Assembly: GCA_038087875.1 (NCBI GenBank)
Contig: CM075997.1
Location: forward strand, 1,428,001-1,492,000
Direction: 5' to 3'
DNA from: Malacoraja senta
Lineage: Eukaryota
DNA length: 64,000 nucleotides
Shown here: positions 1 through 11,460 of the stretch, piece by piece
Layout: each line of letters starts with the position of its first letter
Position numbering within the stretch: the stretch's first letter is position 1
Position numbers and translations under genes: made by a program
The notes under the pieces: generated by a model
Told to the model about the DNA's origin: nothing
Seen by the model: only the letters and a program-made list of their open reading frames with translations
Databases searched by the model: none

Positions 1-26
1 GAAGGTGAAAAACTTTGCCAGAATAC

Positions 27-138
27 CTGTTGATGATCGAGTAGGGTCAGTGCTTTGACTCCGGCCAGAATGAGGTTTTTGGCCACTTCAGCTCCAAGAC
101 CCTTCATCCCCACCAACAGCACACACGAGCCACGGAGC
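27..138 (-). CDS. SAE1: SUMO-activating enzyme subunit 1, coding exon 2 (gene continues off the left edge)
   Basis: 112-nt exon between ttttacag and gtattc. Reads (R)LRGSCVLLVGMKGLGAEVAKNLILAGVKALTLLDHQQ, the E1/ThiF nucleotide-binding segment of SAE1/Aos1. Phase matches exon 1 (CG|G). Confidence 0.97.
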
Positions 139-1054
139 CTGTAAAACAGCAACCACCCTTGAGCGACTTGCAGCAGAGCTGGTTGGACAGCAAAGAAACA
201 AGGTGGCGGCAACAAGGTTGAATGAAAAAAATAAAAAAATAAAAAGCAGATGCTGGAAATCTGAAATTAAAAACAACAGAAAATGCTGGAATAACTCAGC
301 ATGTCAGGCAACATCTGAGTGAAATATTCTTTATGTCTTTGAATTTAATAATCATTCAGAAACACCTGGGTGGCATGGTGGGAACCATCCATAGTACAGA
401 TACATGATAACTTCTGTGACTAGTACACAGAATTGCTTCCTTACAGCGCCAGGGACCTGGGTTCAATCCTGTTTACGGCTGCTGTCTGCAGAGTTTGCAC
501 GTTCTTCCGTGACCTCGTGGGTTTTCTCGGGGTGCTCTGGTTCCCTCCCACACTCGAGACAGTCTGAAGGAAGGTCTCTACCCGAAATGTCACCTATTCC
601 TTTTCTCAAGAGATGCTACCTGATCCGCTGAGTTACTCCAGCTGTTTGTGTCTACCTTTGGTTTAAACCAGCATCTGCAGTTCCTTTGCTGGTGCTGGCT
701 CGAGGGGCCGAATGGCCTCCTCCTGCACCTATTTTCTATGTTTCTATGTTTCCTGCACGTGGATAGGACAGGTTTGGAGGGAGATGGACCAAACGCAGGC
801 AGGTGGTAGTGTAGCTGGGACATGTTGGCCGGTGCGGACAAGGTGGGCCGAAGGGCCTGTTTCCACGCTGTATCACTCTATGACTCTGTATCAACATTTC
901 ACCATTTGGCAAAATTGAACATATCGGCTAAATTATAATCCGTGCCAGCCCCTTTAACCCGTGGCACTGCCCCTTTAAGGGGGCCATGGATGCCGTTGGC
1001 CTCACAGCGACCGGCGCTCACCGACACCCAGCGCCTTCCCGCCGCTGTAGTCAC

Positions 1055-1146
1055 CGTTTCTGCGCCTCCAGCCCCCACAGGCGGATCTGCCGGTCGTACT
1101 GAGCCGCCTCCTCCTCGCTGATCACCGCTTCTTCGTTCTCCACCAT
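1055..1146 (-). CDS. SAE1: SUMO-activating enzyme subunit 1, coding exon 1
   Basis: ATG at 1146; MVENEEAVISEEEAAQYDRQIRLWGLEAQK + CG|gtgact donor. The YDRQIRLWG motif with this N-terminus is typical of SAE1. Confidence 0.97.
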
Positions 1147-1202
1147 GACGCCGCCGTCTGTCTGTCCGCCCGCCCGCTCGATCGCTCACCGCCCTCTCGC
1201 CC

Positions 1203-1445
1203 GACGCGCTGACGTCTTCGTTGCTCGGGCGTCCGCCGCGCCGACGTCGTCGTTGCTCGGGCGTCCGCCGCGCTGACGTCGTCGTTGCTCGGACGTCCGC
1301 CGCGCTGACGTCGCCGTTGCTCGGGCGTCCGCCGCGCTGACGTCGTCGTTGCTCGGGCGTCCGCCGCGCTGACGTCGTCGTCTCCCGGGCGCCCGACGCG
1401 CTGACGTCCTCGTCTCCCGGGCGCCAGACGCGCTGACGTCCTCGT
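1203..1445. repeat. 32-bp GC-rich tandem repeat, about 8 copies, carrying TGACGTC
   Basis: Unit GCTGACGTCGTCGTTGCTCGGGCGTCCGCCGC. The (T/C)GACGTC core starts at 1210, 1242, 1274, 1306, 1338, 1370, 1402, 1434, an exact period of 32. Confidence 0.95.
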
Positions 1446-1784
1446 TTTCCGTTGGCGCCCGACGCGATTGTGTCAGACGCCGTGTCCGTGTCACGTGATC
1501 CGGCCCGCCCTCGCCGTGACGTCATGCTGGTTACGGCCTGGCGCCACTTTGTTTCCATGCAGCCTGACGTCACGCCATTCATTCATTCATCCTTTCATCC
1601 ATCCGTTCATTCATTCATTCATTGAGGGCGCCCCCTGGGGTCGCCATTGACCAGAAACTCAACAGGAACACACACATATTAATGCCCACATCTGAGATGT
1701 TCTCATTCTTTAGAAACATAGAAAATAGGTGCAGGAGGAGGCCATTCGGCCCTTCGAGCTAGGGCCTCGGGTGTTCCCCTCTCC

Positions 1785-2175
1785 CATCATAGAGGAGGCC
1801 CTCACTCATGTCTCCTTGGTACCACGCAGCTCCGCCCTTGCTCCCCCTCCCCCTAGTCCTTACCTTCCACCCCATCAGCCGTCGCATACAACACTTAATC
1901 CTCCTAAATATCCGCCACCCCTCCCCCACCTCCCGTTTCGGGTCGAGACCCTTCTTCAGACTGAGAGTCAGGGGGGGAATGGAAGCAAGAGATAGAGACG
2001 GTGATGTAGAGAGATATAGAACAAATGAACGAAAGACAGGCAAAAAAGTAATGATGATAAAGGAAACAGGCCATCCATCGTCAGTTGTTTGTTAGTTGAG
2101 ACTCAACGCGCCAACTTTGAAACTGGATTTTTGTCTATCTTTGGTTTAAACCAGCATCTGCAGTTCCTTCCTGCG
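1785..2175. mobile_element. Penelope-like element fragments, rearranged (coding piece on +, 3' end piece inverted)
   Basis: PLVLTFHPISRRIQHLILLNIRH resembles the PLE RT-endonuclease linker. It is followed by the inverted PLE 3' terminal sequence seen throughout the window. Confidence 0.65.
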
Positions 2176-2585
2176 ACCTTCATTGCAAGATGGTCTCAAG
2201 AGTTTAGAGTCAAGGGTTTTTTATTGTCATGTGGCCTGTAACGGAACAACTAAATTCTTACTTGCAGCAACATAGGCAGCAGAACAGGTTTGTGGAAACA
2301 ATACTCAGTAGGTAACACAGCAAACAAACAAAAAGATGTTCAACAAATTAAATAAAACAATACAGTTCAAAAACAAAAGACAGGCCAGAGTCCTTGGTGC
2401 AATCCAAGCAGTTCACAGTTCGGAGTTTAGTTGCAGTTCATAGTGTTGAGAAGAAGATGTTCCTGAACCTGGACATTACAGATTGCAGGCTACTAAACCT
2501 TCTTCCCAATGGCAGGAGTGAATGTCTGACTACAGGGGTAGGGTGTCCTGGTACAATTGGTACCCTTCATGAGATGGCTCGGTAG

Positions 2586-2885
2586 GGCAGCATGGTGAAG
2601 CAGCGGTAGAGCTGCTGCCTTATAGCGCCAAAGACTTGGGTTCGATCCTGACTACGGCTGCTGTCTGTACGGAGTCTATACGTTCTCCCTGTGACCTACG
2701 TGGGTTTTCTCTGGGATCTCCGGTTTCCTCTCACACTCCAAAGACGTACAGGTTTGTTGGTTAATTGCTTTCGGTAAAATTGTAAATAGTCCCTGGTGTG
2801 CGTAGGACAGTGTTAGTGTGTGGGGATCGCTGGTCGGCACGGACGGTGGGCTGAAGGGCCTGTTTCCACTCTATCTCTAAACCAA
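2586..2885 (+). mobile_element. HE1-type tRNA-derived V-SINE (representative; dozens of full or partial copies on both strands)
   Basis: A-box-like GGTGAAGCAGCGG, B-box GGTTCGATCC, central V-domain (GTTCTCCCTGTG...GGTTTCCTC...CCAAAGAC), CR1-like tail GAAGGGCCTGTTTCC and (CTAAA)n end. Other copies include 5766-6050 (+), 12473-12740 (+), 29724-30037 (-), 46851-47148 (+) and 58126-58428 (+). Confidence 0.85.
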
Positions 2886-2904
2886 ATCATTGACTCACTA
2901 GTTA

Positions 2905-3570
2905 CTCAGAGAGTCATAGAATGATACAATGTGGAAACAGACCCTTCGGCTCAACATGCCCACACCGGCCCACATGCCCACAACATGTCCCAGCTACACT
3001 AGTCCCACCTGCCTGTGGTTGGTCATTATTCCACCAAACCTGTCCTATCCAATGTATTAAAGAAGGAACTGCAGATGCTGGAAAATCGAAGGTACACAAA
3101 AATGCTGGAGAAACTCAGCGGGTGCAGCAGCATCTATGGAGCGAAGGAAATAGGCAACGTTTCAGGCCGAAACCCTTCTTCAGTGATGTACCTGTCTAAC
3201 TGCTTCTTAAACGTTGGGATAGTCCCAGCCTTAACTACCTCCTCTGGCAGCTTGTTCCACATACATCCACCTTCCTTTGTGTGAAAAAGTTACCCCTCAG
3301 ATTCCTATTAAAGCTTTCCCCTTCACCTTGAACCTATGTCCTCTGGTCCTTGATTCCCCTACTCTGGGCAAGAGATTGTGCATCTACCCGATCTATTCCT
3401 CTCATGATTTTATACACTTCTATAAGATCAACCCTCATCCTCCTGCGGTCCAGGGAATAGAGACCCAGCCTGCTTAACCTCTCCCTATAGCTCACACCCT
3501 CTAGTCCTGTCAACACTCTCGTAAATATTCTCTGAACCCATTCCAGCTAGACAACAATTTTCCTAGAACA
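2905..3570 (-). mobile_element. CR1/HER1 LINE 3' fragment interrupted by a Penelope end
   Basis: Minus-strand peptide GLEGVSYRERLSRLGLYSLDRRRMRVDLIEVYKIM is the CR1 RT C-terminus; (ACTCTATG)-type tail. A PLE-end insert lies at about 3058-3185. Confidence 0.85.
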
Positions 3571-4854
3571 AGTTCTTATCAGGCAAGAGCCATGACTGTC
3601 ACGGTAGTCTCCTACTGCTGTGGGTTTATATACCGAGCCAAAACTCACAGTTATTATCCCTTTGTCTATAATTCCTGGCATGAGGAAGATGAAAAAATGT
3701 CCCCACAGTTGGAACACACCACAAATAATGATTCACCTTCTTTAACCAACAACTCTTTTTTAAACCGAGAGTGCAAATCTGGTTTCTCAAATTACAAATA
3801 AAGTTTTCATTTTAAAATGTCTTCATTTGGAATTAAAGATATTTTTATACAGAAATCAAATACAAACACATTCTTGTTATAGAAAAAATGCTGGAGAAAC
3901 TCAGCGGGTGAGGCAGCATCTATGGAGCGAAGGAAATAGGCAAAGTTTTGGGTCAAAACCCTTCTTCAGACTGATGTGAGGGTGGGGGGGCGGGAAGAAG
4001 AAAGGAAGAGGTGGAGCCAGTGGGCTGAGGGAGAGCTGTTATATTTTAGTTTAGTTTAGAGATACAGTATGGAAACAGGTCCTTCAGCCCACCAAATCCA
4101 CGCTGACCAGCGATCCCTGTACGGGAGCACTATCCTATTTTACCAGGGACAATTTACAATTCTTACCAAGCCAGTTAACCTACAAACCTGTGCGTCTTTG
4201 GGGTGTGGGAGAAAGAATTCCACAGATTCACCACCCTCTGACTAAAGAAATTCCTCCTCATCTCCTTCCTAAAGGAACGTCCGTTCATTCTGAGGCTATG
4301 ACCAGTGGAAACATACTCTCCACATCCACTCTATCCAGGCCTTTCACTAGTCAGTAAGTTTCAATGAGGTACCCTCTCATCCTTCTAAATTCCAGCGAGT
4401 ACAGGCCTGGTGCCGTCAAATGCTCATCATACGTCAACCCACTCATTCCTGGGATCATTCTTGTAAACCTCCTCTGGACTCTCTCCAGCGCCAGCACATC
4501 CTTCCTCAGATATGGGGCCCCAAGATTGCTAACAATACTCCAAATGTGGTCCGGCCAGCACCTTAAAGAGCTTCAGTCTTGTGTCTATCAAGGTAAACTA
4601 ACGCTGGCGTCTGGTACGAGACATTTCGATGAGGTTGGGGAGACCATCACTGTTCGACACATCGAGCCTATCGTTTCCATCTCCGTGGGAGGAGTAGATG
4701 ACCTTGGATCACAAGCTGTGGACACAATAAAGAGCCAACTTTAGTTGTTAGTAAGCATTGCTCAGAAGTTATAAACTGACTTTGGATGGCCTTGACGTTG
4801 TAGATATCCAGAATTGACACGCTGATTATTCTTAAGAATAAATATCGGCAGCAG

Positions 4855-5340
4855 GTTGTCCTGGACTAGCCACATCAAAGCGATGGGCCATAAAGCACAC
4901 CAACGCCTTTACTTTCTATGGAAGCTTAGGTAGTTCAACATGTCCCCAGCAACCCTCGACAACATCTACAGATGCGCCGCAGAAGGCATTTTATCGGGAT
5001 GCATCACCGCTGTGCCACTGGTGAAAAGGAGATTGAAGTGCCTTTTCTCTTACTCACCACATCCGTGAACAGCTCCATCCAAGACCGCTAGAAATTGCAG
5101 CAAATTGTGGACACAGCCCAGACCATCACACAAACCAACCTCCCTTCCATTGGACAACTCCATCGACACCTCACGCTCCCGCGGCAAGGCCACCAACATA
5201 ATCAAGGACCAGTCTCATCCCGGTCACTCCATCTTCTCCCTTCTCCCTTCTCCCATTGGGCAAGAGGTATTGAAGTGTGAAAATGCACACGTCCAGATTC
5301 AAGGGACAGTTTTCTCCCCAGCTGTTCTCAGGCAACTGGA
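4855..5340 (+). mobile_element. Rex1/Babar- or L2-like LINE RT C-terminal fragment
   Basis: AHQRLYFL..., ILSGCIT, LQQIVDTAQTIT, IIKDQSHPGHSIF motifs. Related fragments lie at about 23240-23560 (-), 30040-30240 (+) and 47665-48125 (+). Confidence 0.65.
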
Positions 5341-8300
5341 CTTTGAACCTGCACGCCTTCTTGCAGTGCACACACACCCTGTTTAATTTTAGTGTAGTTT
5401 CGAGATAAAGCGAGTCCACGCTGATCAGCGATCCCCGTACACTGCAACTATCCCACACATGAGGGACAATTTACAATTTGTACCGAAGCCAATTAACCTA
5501 CAGGACCTGTATGTCTTTGGTGTGTGGGAAGGAGAAAACGCATGCAGTCACAGGGAGAACATTCAAACTCCGTACAGACAGCAGCCGTAGTCGGGATCGA
5601 ACCCGGGTCTCTGGCGCTGTAAGCAACTCTACCGCTGCGCCACTGTGCCACCTCCCCATTTATTTTGCAAATCTGTGCCTCACCCCCCTATCCAGTTCTC
5701 TTTAAACGCACCACATCTGAGCTCTACTGACGGATGTGATGAGGAAGAGTCCAATCTCCCTTTCACCAGTGGCGCAGCGGTGGAGTTGCTGCCTCACAGC
5801 GCCAGAGTCCCGGGTTCAATCCTGACTATGGGTGCTGTCCGTACGGAGTTTGCACGTTCTCCCCGTGACCTGCGTGGGGTGTCTCCGAAATCTTCGGTTT
5901 CCTCCCACACTCCAAAGACGTACAGTTTGGCAGTTTCATTGGCTTGGTATAAATGTAAAATTGTCCCTAGTATGTGCTAGTATCGCCGGTCGGTTGGGCG
6001 AAGGGCCTGTACTGTGTCTCTAAACGCTGGGTCTCTAAACTAAACTAAACTGCGATAGACACAAAATGACGGAGTAACTCAGCGGGACAGGCAGCATGTC
6101 TGGAGAGAAGGAATGGGTGATGTTTCGGGTCGAGATGAGCTGTCTGAAGAAGGGTCTCGACCCGAAACGTCACCCATTCCTTCTCTCCAGAGATGCTGCC
6201 TGTCCCGCTGAGTTACTCCAGCAGCTTGTGTCTATCTTGGTTTAAACCAGCATCTACAGATTCTTCTTAAACTAAACCATGTCTGACCGGCTGACTATTT
6301 TCTGTATTTATTTCCATCAACAGCAGTGTCCTTTCAACTTCCTAACTATTGGAGAGGAACCTTCTGATCTGATCCAAGATCCACTTCGGAAACATCTGTG
6401 CTACTCTGATTATTCTTCACAAATAATCAGACACCATATTTTCCTTGGGTTGGTTCTTGAATCGTTTTAATGGCTTTCTGTCACTATTATGTGGGGTGTT
6501 GTATGAATAATGGACTTGTAGAGTTCTTGCATCAACTTCAGCCACAATTTGTTGCTCTTGGCTCAGTTTCAGAGAAGCTCAGGTCAGTTTAGAGATACGG
6601 CACGGAAACAGATCCCTTCAGCCCACCGAGTCCGCGCCAACAATCGGCCGCCCGTTCACGCTAGTTCTCCATTATCCCACTTTCTCATCCACTCACTACC
6701 CACTAGGGGGAAATGGAAAAAGGACCAATTAACCTACAAACCCGCACGTCTTTGGGGTGTGGGAAGAAACCGGAGCACCCGGAACGTGGGGAACGTGCAA
6801 ACTCCACACAAGTCACGGTGGCGCAGCGGCAGAGTTGCTGCCTTACAGAGAATGCAGCGCGGGAGACACGGGTTCGATCCCTACTACGGGTGCTGTCTGT
6901 ATGGAGTTTATACGTTCTCCCCGTGTCTGAAATATTTGCTGTTATCCTCTCCATGGATGCTGCCTGACCTGCTGGGTATTGCCAGGACTGGAGGAAAGAC
7001 CTTTGCTCAAGTTTACACTGGGCATTGCTGGAGCATCTCCACAGGCCGGGTAGGAGAGAGATGAGAGTATGAGTTTGTTTACAATGACTGTAAACAAACA
7101 GGGAGCTGTAAAGTGGCCATTGCCTGTCAAAGGTTCATACGTTTTACGAGCAGAAATAGGCCATTAGGCCCATCAAGTCTACTCCGCCATACAATCGTGG
7201 CTGATCTATCTCTCCCTCTCAACCCCATTCTCCTGCCCTCTCCCCATAACCCTGACAATTAAGAATCAAGTACTAATCAAGAATCTATATATCTCCACCT
7301 GAAAAATCTTCATTTAATTCACACCTATTAAATACCCATTGCCTGTGGCAGTGAATTGCCCATTCTCTGCGCCCTATGACTGAAGAAATCCCTGCTCAAC
7401 TCCTTACTAAAGGTACGTCTTTATATTCTGAGGCGACGGCCACTGGTCCTAGACTCTCCCACTAGTATGGGCGGCACGGTGGGGCAGCGGTAGAGTTGCT
7501 GCCTTGCAGTGCCAGAGACCCGGGTTCGATCCCGATTGGCTCCAGGGGTCATCGAATGGCTTAATTCTGCTCCTGTGCCCTCTGGTCTGTTAAGAAAATA
7601 GAGTTTGCAGAATTTATTCTGTTTATTTGTTCCAACTTGTTTCTTATTGATGAGGCAGGAGGCAGCACGTTGCTAAGAATTAATTTGTTCCATTATTTAC
7701 TTTCACTCATTATAGCTCAACACCTTTAAATACTACCATGTTCCAACGCGATTGAAACACATCTGATATAGAATATAGATACATAGAACTGAACAGCAAA
7801 AGAACAGGCCCTTCGGTAAAACATGTTTTCTCCGGGTGCACCGGTTTCCTCCCACACTCCAAAGATATTTAGTTTAGTTTAGTTTAATTTAGTTTAGAGA
7901 CAAAGCGTGGAATCAAGCCCTTCGGCCCACCGAGTCCGCGCCGACCAGCATTCCCCGCGCACTTACGTTATCCGACACACACTAGGAACAATTTACAATT
8001 CGACCAAGCCAATTAACCTACAAATATTTAAGAAGGAGCTGCAGATGCTGGAAAATCGAAGGTTCACAAAAATGCTGGAGAAACTCAGCGGGTGAGGCAG
8101 CATCTATGGAGCGAAGGAAATAGGCGTAGGCAACGTTTCGGGCCGCAGCTTCGCTCCATAGATGCTGCCTCACCCACTGAGTTTCTCCAGCATTTTTGTC
8201 TAACCCACAAATATGTACGTCTTTGGTGTGTGGGAGGAAACCGGAGCACCCGGGGACAACCCACACAAGTCACGGGGAGGGCGTACAAACTCCACACAGA

Positions 8301-8840
8301 CAACACCCGTAGTCAGGATTGAACATGGGTCATTGGGGTTGCAAGACAGCAACTTCGCCGCTGCGCCACCGTGCTGCTGAAAGACGTGCAGGTTTGTGGG
8401 TTAATTGGCTTCTATAAATTGTACATTGAAAATTGTCCCCAGTGTGTGTAGGATGGTGCTAGTGTACGGGGTGATCGCTTGTCGGCACGGACTCGGGTGG
8501 GCCGAAGGCCCTGTTTCCGCGCGGTATCTCTAAAGAGGGATAAACAGTAAATAAGCCAGGACCTAACCAGACCTTCAGTGCCGGAGGCAATGGCATATTC
8601 CCAACACCAACACCAATAATTCATTCCCAACACCATTTTACCGGGGGGAAAAAATGACATGACAATCTGAACTTACTCTGAACCGACGTGCAGGGTCCCA
8701 TTTTCTTTCCGGGACGTTCCTTCTCTTCACTGGGCACAAGAGTCCCCGGAAGATCCGCCGTCTAGCGTTAAGGAGTGGAACCTGCGACCCATCCCAACCT
8801 CCGAGTCACCCAGCCACTGGAGTTCCGTGCGGGATGCCGG

Positions 8841-8966
8841 TCAGGTCCATATTGAAAAACAGTTGAACCGGTTCTGATACTGCAGGAATGTTTCCAGACT
8901 TCGGAAGAAAGTACTTGCGGACTCCTCGTGGTAGATTTCGCATTGTCGGCAGCCTCTGCTTGCGTT
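8841..8966 (-). CDS. IL15L: IL-15-like cytokine, coding exon 4 (CD loop, helix D, stop)
   Basis: Acceptor ccacccctcccag, phase 0. NASRGCRQCEIYHEESASTFFRSLETFLQYQNRFNCFSIWT* carries the CxxCE...F...Q pattern of IL-15-family helix D (human IL-15 [25 protein letters not shown]). Confidence 0.9.
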   Translation of the reverse strand, partial: NASRGCRQCEIYHEESASTFFRSLETFLQYQNRFNCFSIWT

Positions 8967-9594
8967 CTGGGAGGGGTGGCACAACACAATGACTTATATT
9001 CCCCACCAGTTTAGTTCAGTTTTGAGATGCGGCGCGGAAACAGGCCCTTCGGCCCACCGAGTCTGCACCCGTAGTCAGGATCGAACCCGGGTCCCTGGTA
9101 CTGTAAAGCAGTAGCTCTACCACTGCGCCACCGCGACGCCCCTTTTCAATGGTATTTTATTGTCACATGTACCGAGGTACAACCGAATTATTTTTTGTGC
9201 ACAGCTCAGCGCACCAACCAGCGATTCCCCGCACGTTAACACTACCCTACACACACACTAGGTACAATTTACATTTACACCAAGCCAATTAACCGACAAA
9301 CCTGTTGGGGTTTGGAGTGTGGAAGGAAGAAAACCCACGTAGGTCACGGGGAGAACGTGCACACTCTGTACAGACAGCGCCCGTAGTCGGGATCGAACCC
9401 GGATCTCTGGCGCTGTGAGGCAGCAACTCTACCGTTGCGCCACTTTTAGCTGTAACGTTATATTTTGAACTCTGTGTTTTTTCTCTTTCGCACTACCTGC
9501 TGATGTCGTGCATGGTTAACACGCGAAAGAATGTTTTTCGCCGTAAGCATAACAATAATGGACCAATTACCAACACGGACGTCAAAAGCTCTTG

Positions 9595-9883
9595 TGTTTA
9601 AGAAGGAACTGCAGATGCTGGAAAATCGAAGGTAGACAAAAGTGCTGGAGAATCTCAGCGGGTGCAGCAGCATCTAGGGAGCGAAGGAAATAGGCAATGT
9701 TTCGGCCCGAAACGTTGCCTATTTCCTTCAGGGTTTCGTCCCGAAACGTTGCCTATTTCCTTCAGGGTTTCCGCCCGAAACTTTGCCTATTTCCTTCAGG
9801 GTTTCGGCCCGAAACGTTGCCTATTTGCTTCGGTCCATAGATGCTGCTGCACCCGCTGAGTTTCTCCAACATTTTTGTCTACT
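9595..9883. mobile_element. Fold-back mini-element made of two inverted Penelope ends, with 14-bp TSD and internal 34-bp repeats
   Basis: GTCAAAAGCTCTTG at 9581-9594 and 9884-9897. The arms are reverse complements. Unit AGGGTTTCGGCCCGAAACGTTGCCTATTTCCTTC starts at 9730, 9764 and 9798. Confidence 0.8.
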
Positions 9884-11319
9884 GTCAAAAGCTCTTGGCT
9901 GTTGTTTGAAATTATTTATTTCCATGGAGTCCAGAACCAGGGACCACAGTCTTAGAATAAAGGGGAGGCCATTTAATACTGATGTGAGAAAAAACTTTTT
10001 CACCCAGAGAGTTGTGAATTTGTGGAATTCCCTGCCACAGAGGACAGTGGAGGACAAGTCACTGGATGGATTTAAGAGAGAGTTAGATAGAGCTCTAGGG
10101 GCTAGTGGAATCAAGGGATATGGGGAGAAGGCAGGCACGGGTTATTGATTGGGGATGATCAGCCATGATCACAATGAATGGCGGTGCTGACTCGAAGGGC
10201 CGAATGGCCTCCTCCTGCGCCTATTTTCTATGTTTCTATGTTTCTAAAAGCCTCTACTCTTTTAGATTACACCTTTCACAGATCAGTTCCAGAGCTGGCA
10301 ACATTTTCACTTTCCTGGCAAGTTAACAAATGATCGTATCATTAACGGATACAAATCTTGAAATGTTGGACATTATTCAAGGCAAAGAAGAAACTCGCTG
10401 AACTGTGTATTAATCAGTTGCCCAGCCAAACAATATCTTTAAACAATGTGTAGGAAGGAACTGGAGATGCTGTTTTACACAAAATGCTGGAGTAACTCAG
10501 CAGGACCTGCAGCATCTCTGGAGAGAAGGAATGGGTGGTGTTTCGGGTCGAGACCCTTCATCAGACTGAGATATCAAATATAGAGATATCTTTATATGCC
10601 TAGTTGTTACCTTTCCTGAGCTAACAATGATCTATTCTACATTTTCCTTGGAAACTTTGATATCTCGTTTTCACACCTTACCCTTCCATGTCTCCGTGTC
10701 TCCCTCGCCCCCGATTCTCAGTCTGAAGAAGGGTCTTGACCCTAAACATCACCCTTTCCTTCTCTCCAGAGATGCTGCCTGTCCCGCTGAGTTACTCCAG
10801 CAATTTGTGTCTATGTTCAAAGAATAGTCTTTTCTCCGAACCAATTCTGGGAAAATGAAGTGTTGGGAATTAACTCACCAAAACCACAACCAGTCTCTGT
10901 CGCGATGGCTTCAGCTTACAGTTAAAGTTACAGTTTTAGATTGTTGTCATGTGTACTGAGATACAGTGAAACGCTTTTTGTTGCATGCTATCCAGTCAAC
11001 GGGAAGACAACACATGATTACAATCGAGCCATTTATAGTGTACAGGTGCATGATAAGGGAATAACATGTAGTTTAGTTTAGAGATACAGCGCCCTTCGGC
11101 CCACGAGTGTGGGACGAAACCGAAGATCTCGGAGAAAACCCACACATGTCACGGGAAGAACATACAAACTCCGTACAAACTCTGTCTCTGCCGCTGCATG
11201 CGCTGTAAGGCAGCAACTCCACCGCTGCGCCACTGTGCCGTCCGTTTAGTGCAAGGTAAAGCCAGCAAAACATGTTAAGAGATGTTGACATCAACAAGAA
11301 CTTGTGGACAGATACCTAC

Positions 11320-11460
11320 CAGGCGTGAAATAATGTGTTCAGTAACACTATTTAGGTTGGATATGAGCTTGGACACGTTCACTTTCGTCGTCCCGTCAAA
11401 TTCAAAGTCCAAGACAAAGAGTTCATTCTGAAAGCATTGCATTGTTTCTTTCCCGCACTC
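11320..11460 (-). CDS. IL15L: IL-15-like cytokine, coding exon 3 (helices B and C)
   Basis: 141 nt, tcttgctgcag / gtaggt, phase 0/0. ECGKETMQCFQNELFVLDFEFDGTTKVNVSKLISNLNSVTEHIISRL matches IL-15 CKVTAMKCFLLELQVISLE. Confidence 0.92.

Larger units (their letters stand above)
960..1580 (-). promoter_or_regulatory. CpG-island promoter of SAE1 with CRE and E-box sites
   Basis: Very CpG-rich around exon 1. Perfect TGACGTCA at 1517-1524 and 1565-1572, TCACGTGA at 1491-1498, GC box (CCCGCCC) near 1504. Confidence 0.8.

Noticed and set aside
1203..1445. CRISPR-like regular repeats (also 9730-9830)
   Set aside because: The units are head-to-tail with no unique spacers, the context is vertebrate, and there are no cas genes.
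899..1582. 227-aa repetitive Arg-rich ORF
   Set aside because: It is a read-through of the 32-bp promoter repeat and CpG island. The real SAE1 exon 1 is in another frame.
2586..2660. tRNA genes
   Set aside because: The A/B-box sequences are SINE heads that continue into the V-domain and LINE-like tail; they do not form complete cloverleaves.
3592..3801. 69-aa ORF in unique AT-rich sequence (also 6279-6470 and 59414-59644)
   Set aside because: These have no recognisable motifs or consistent exon structure, and their lengths are expected by chance.
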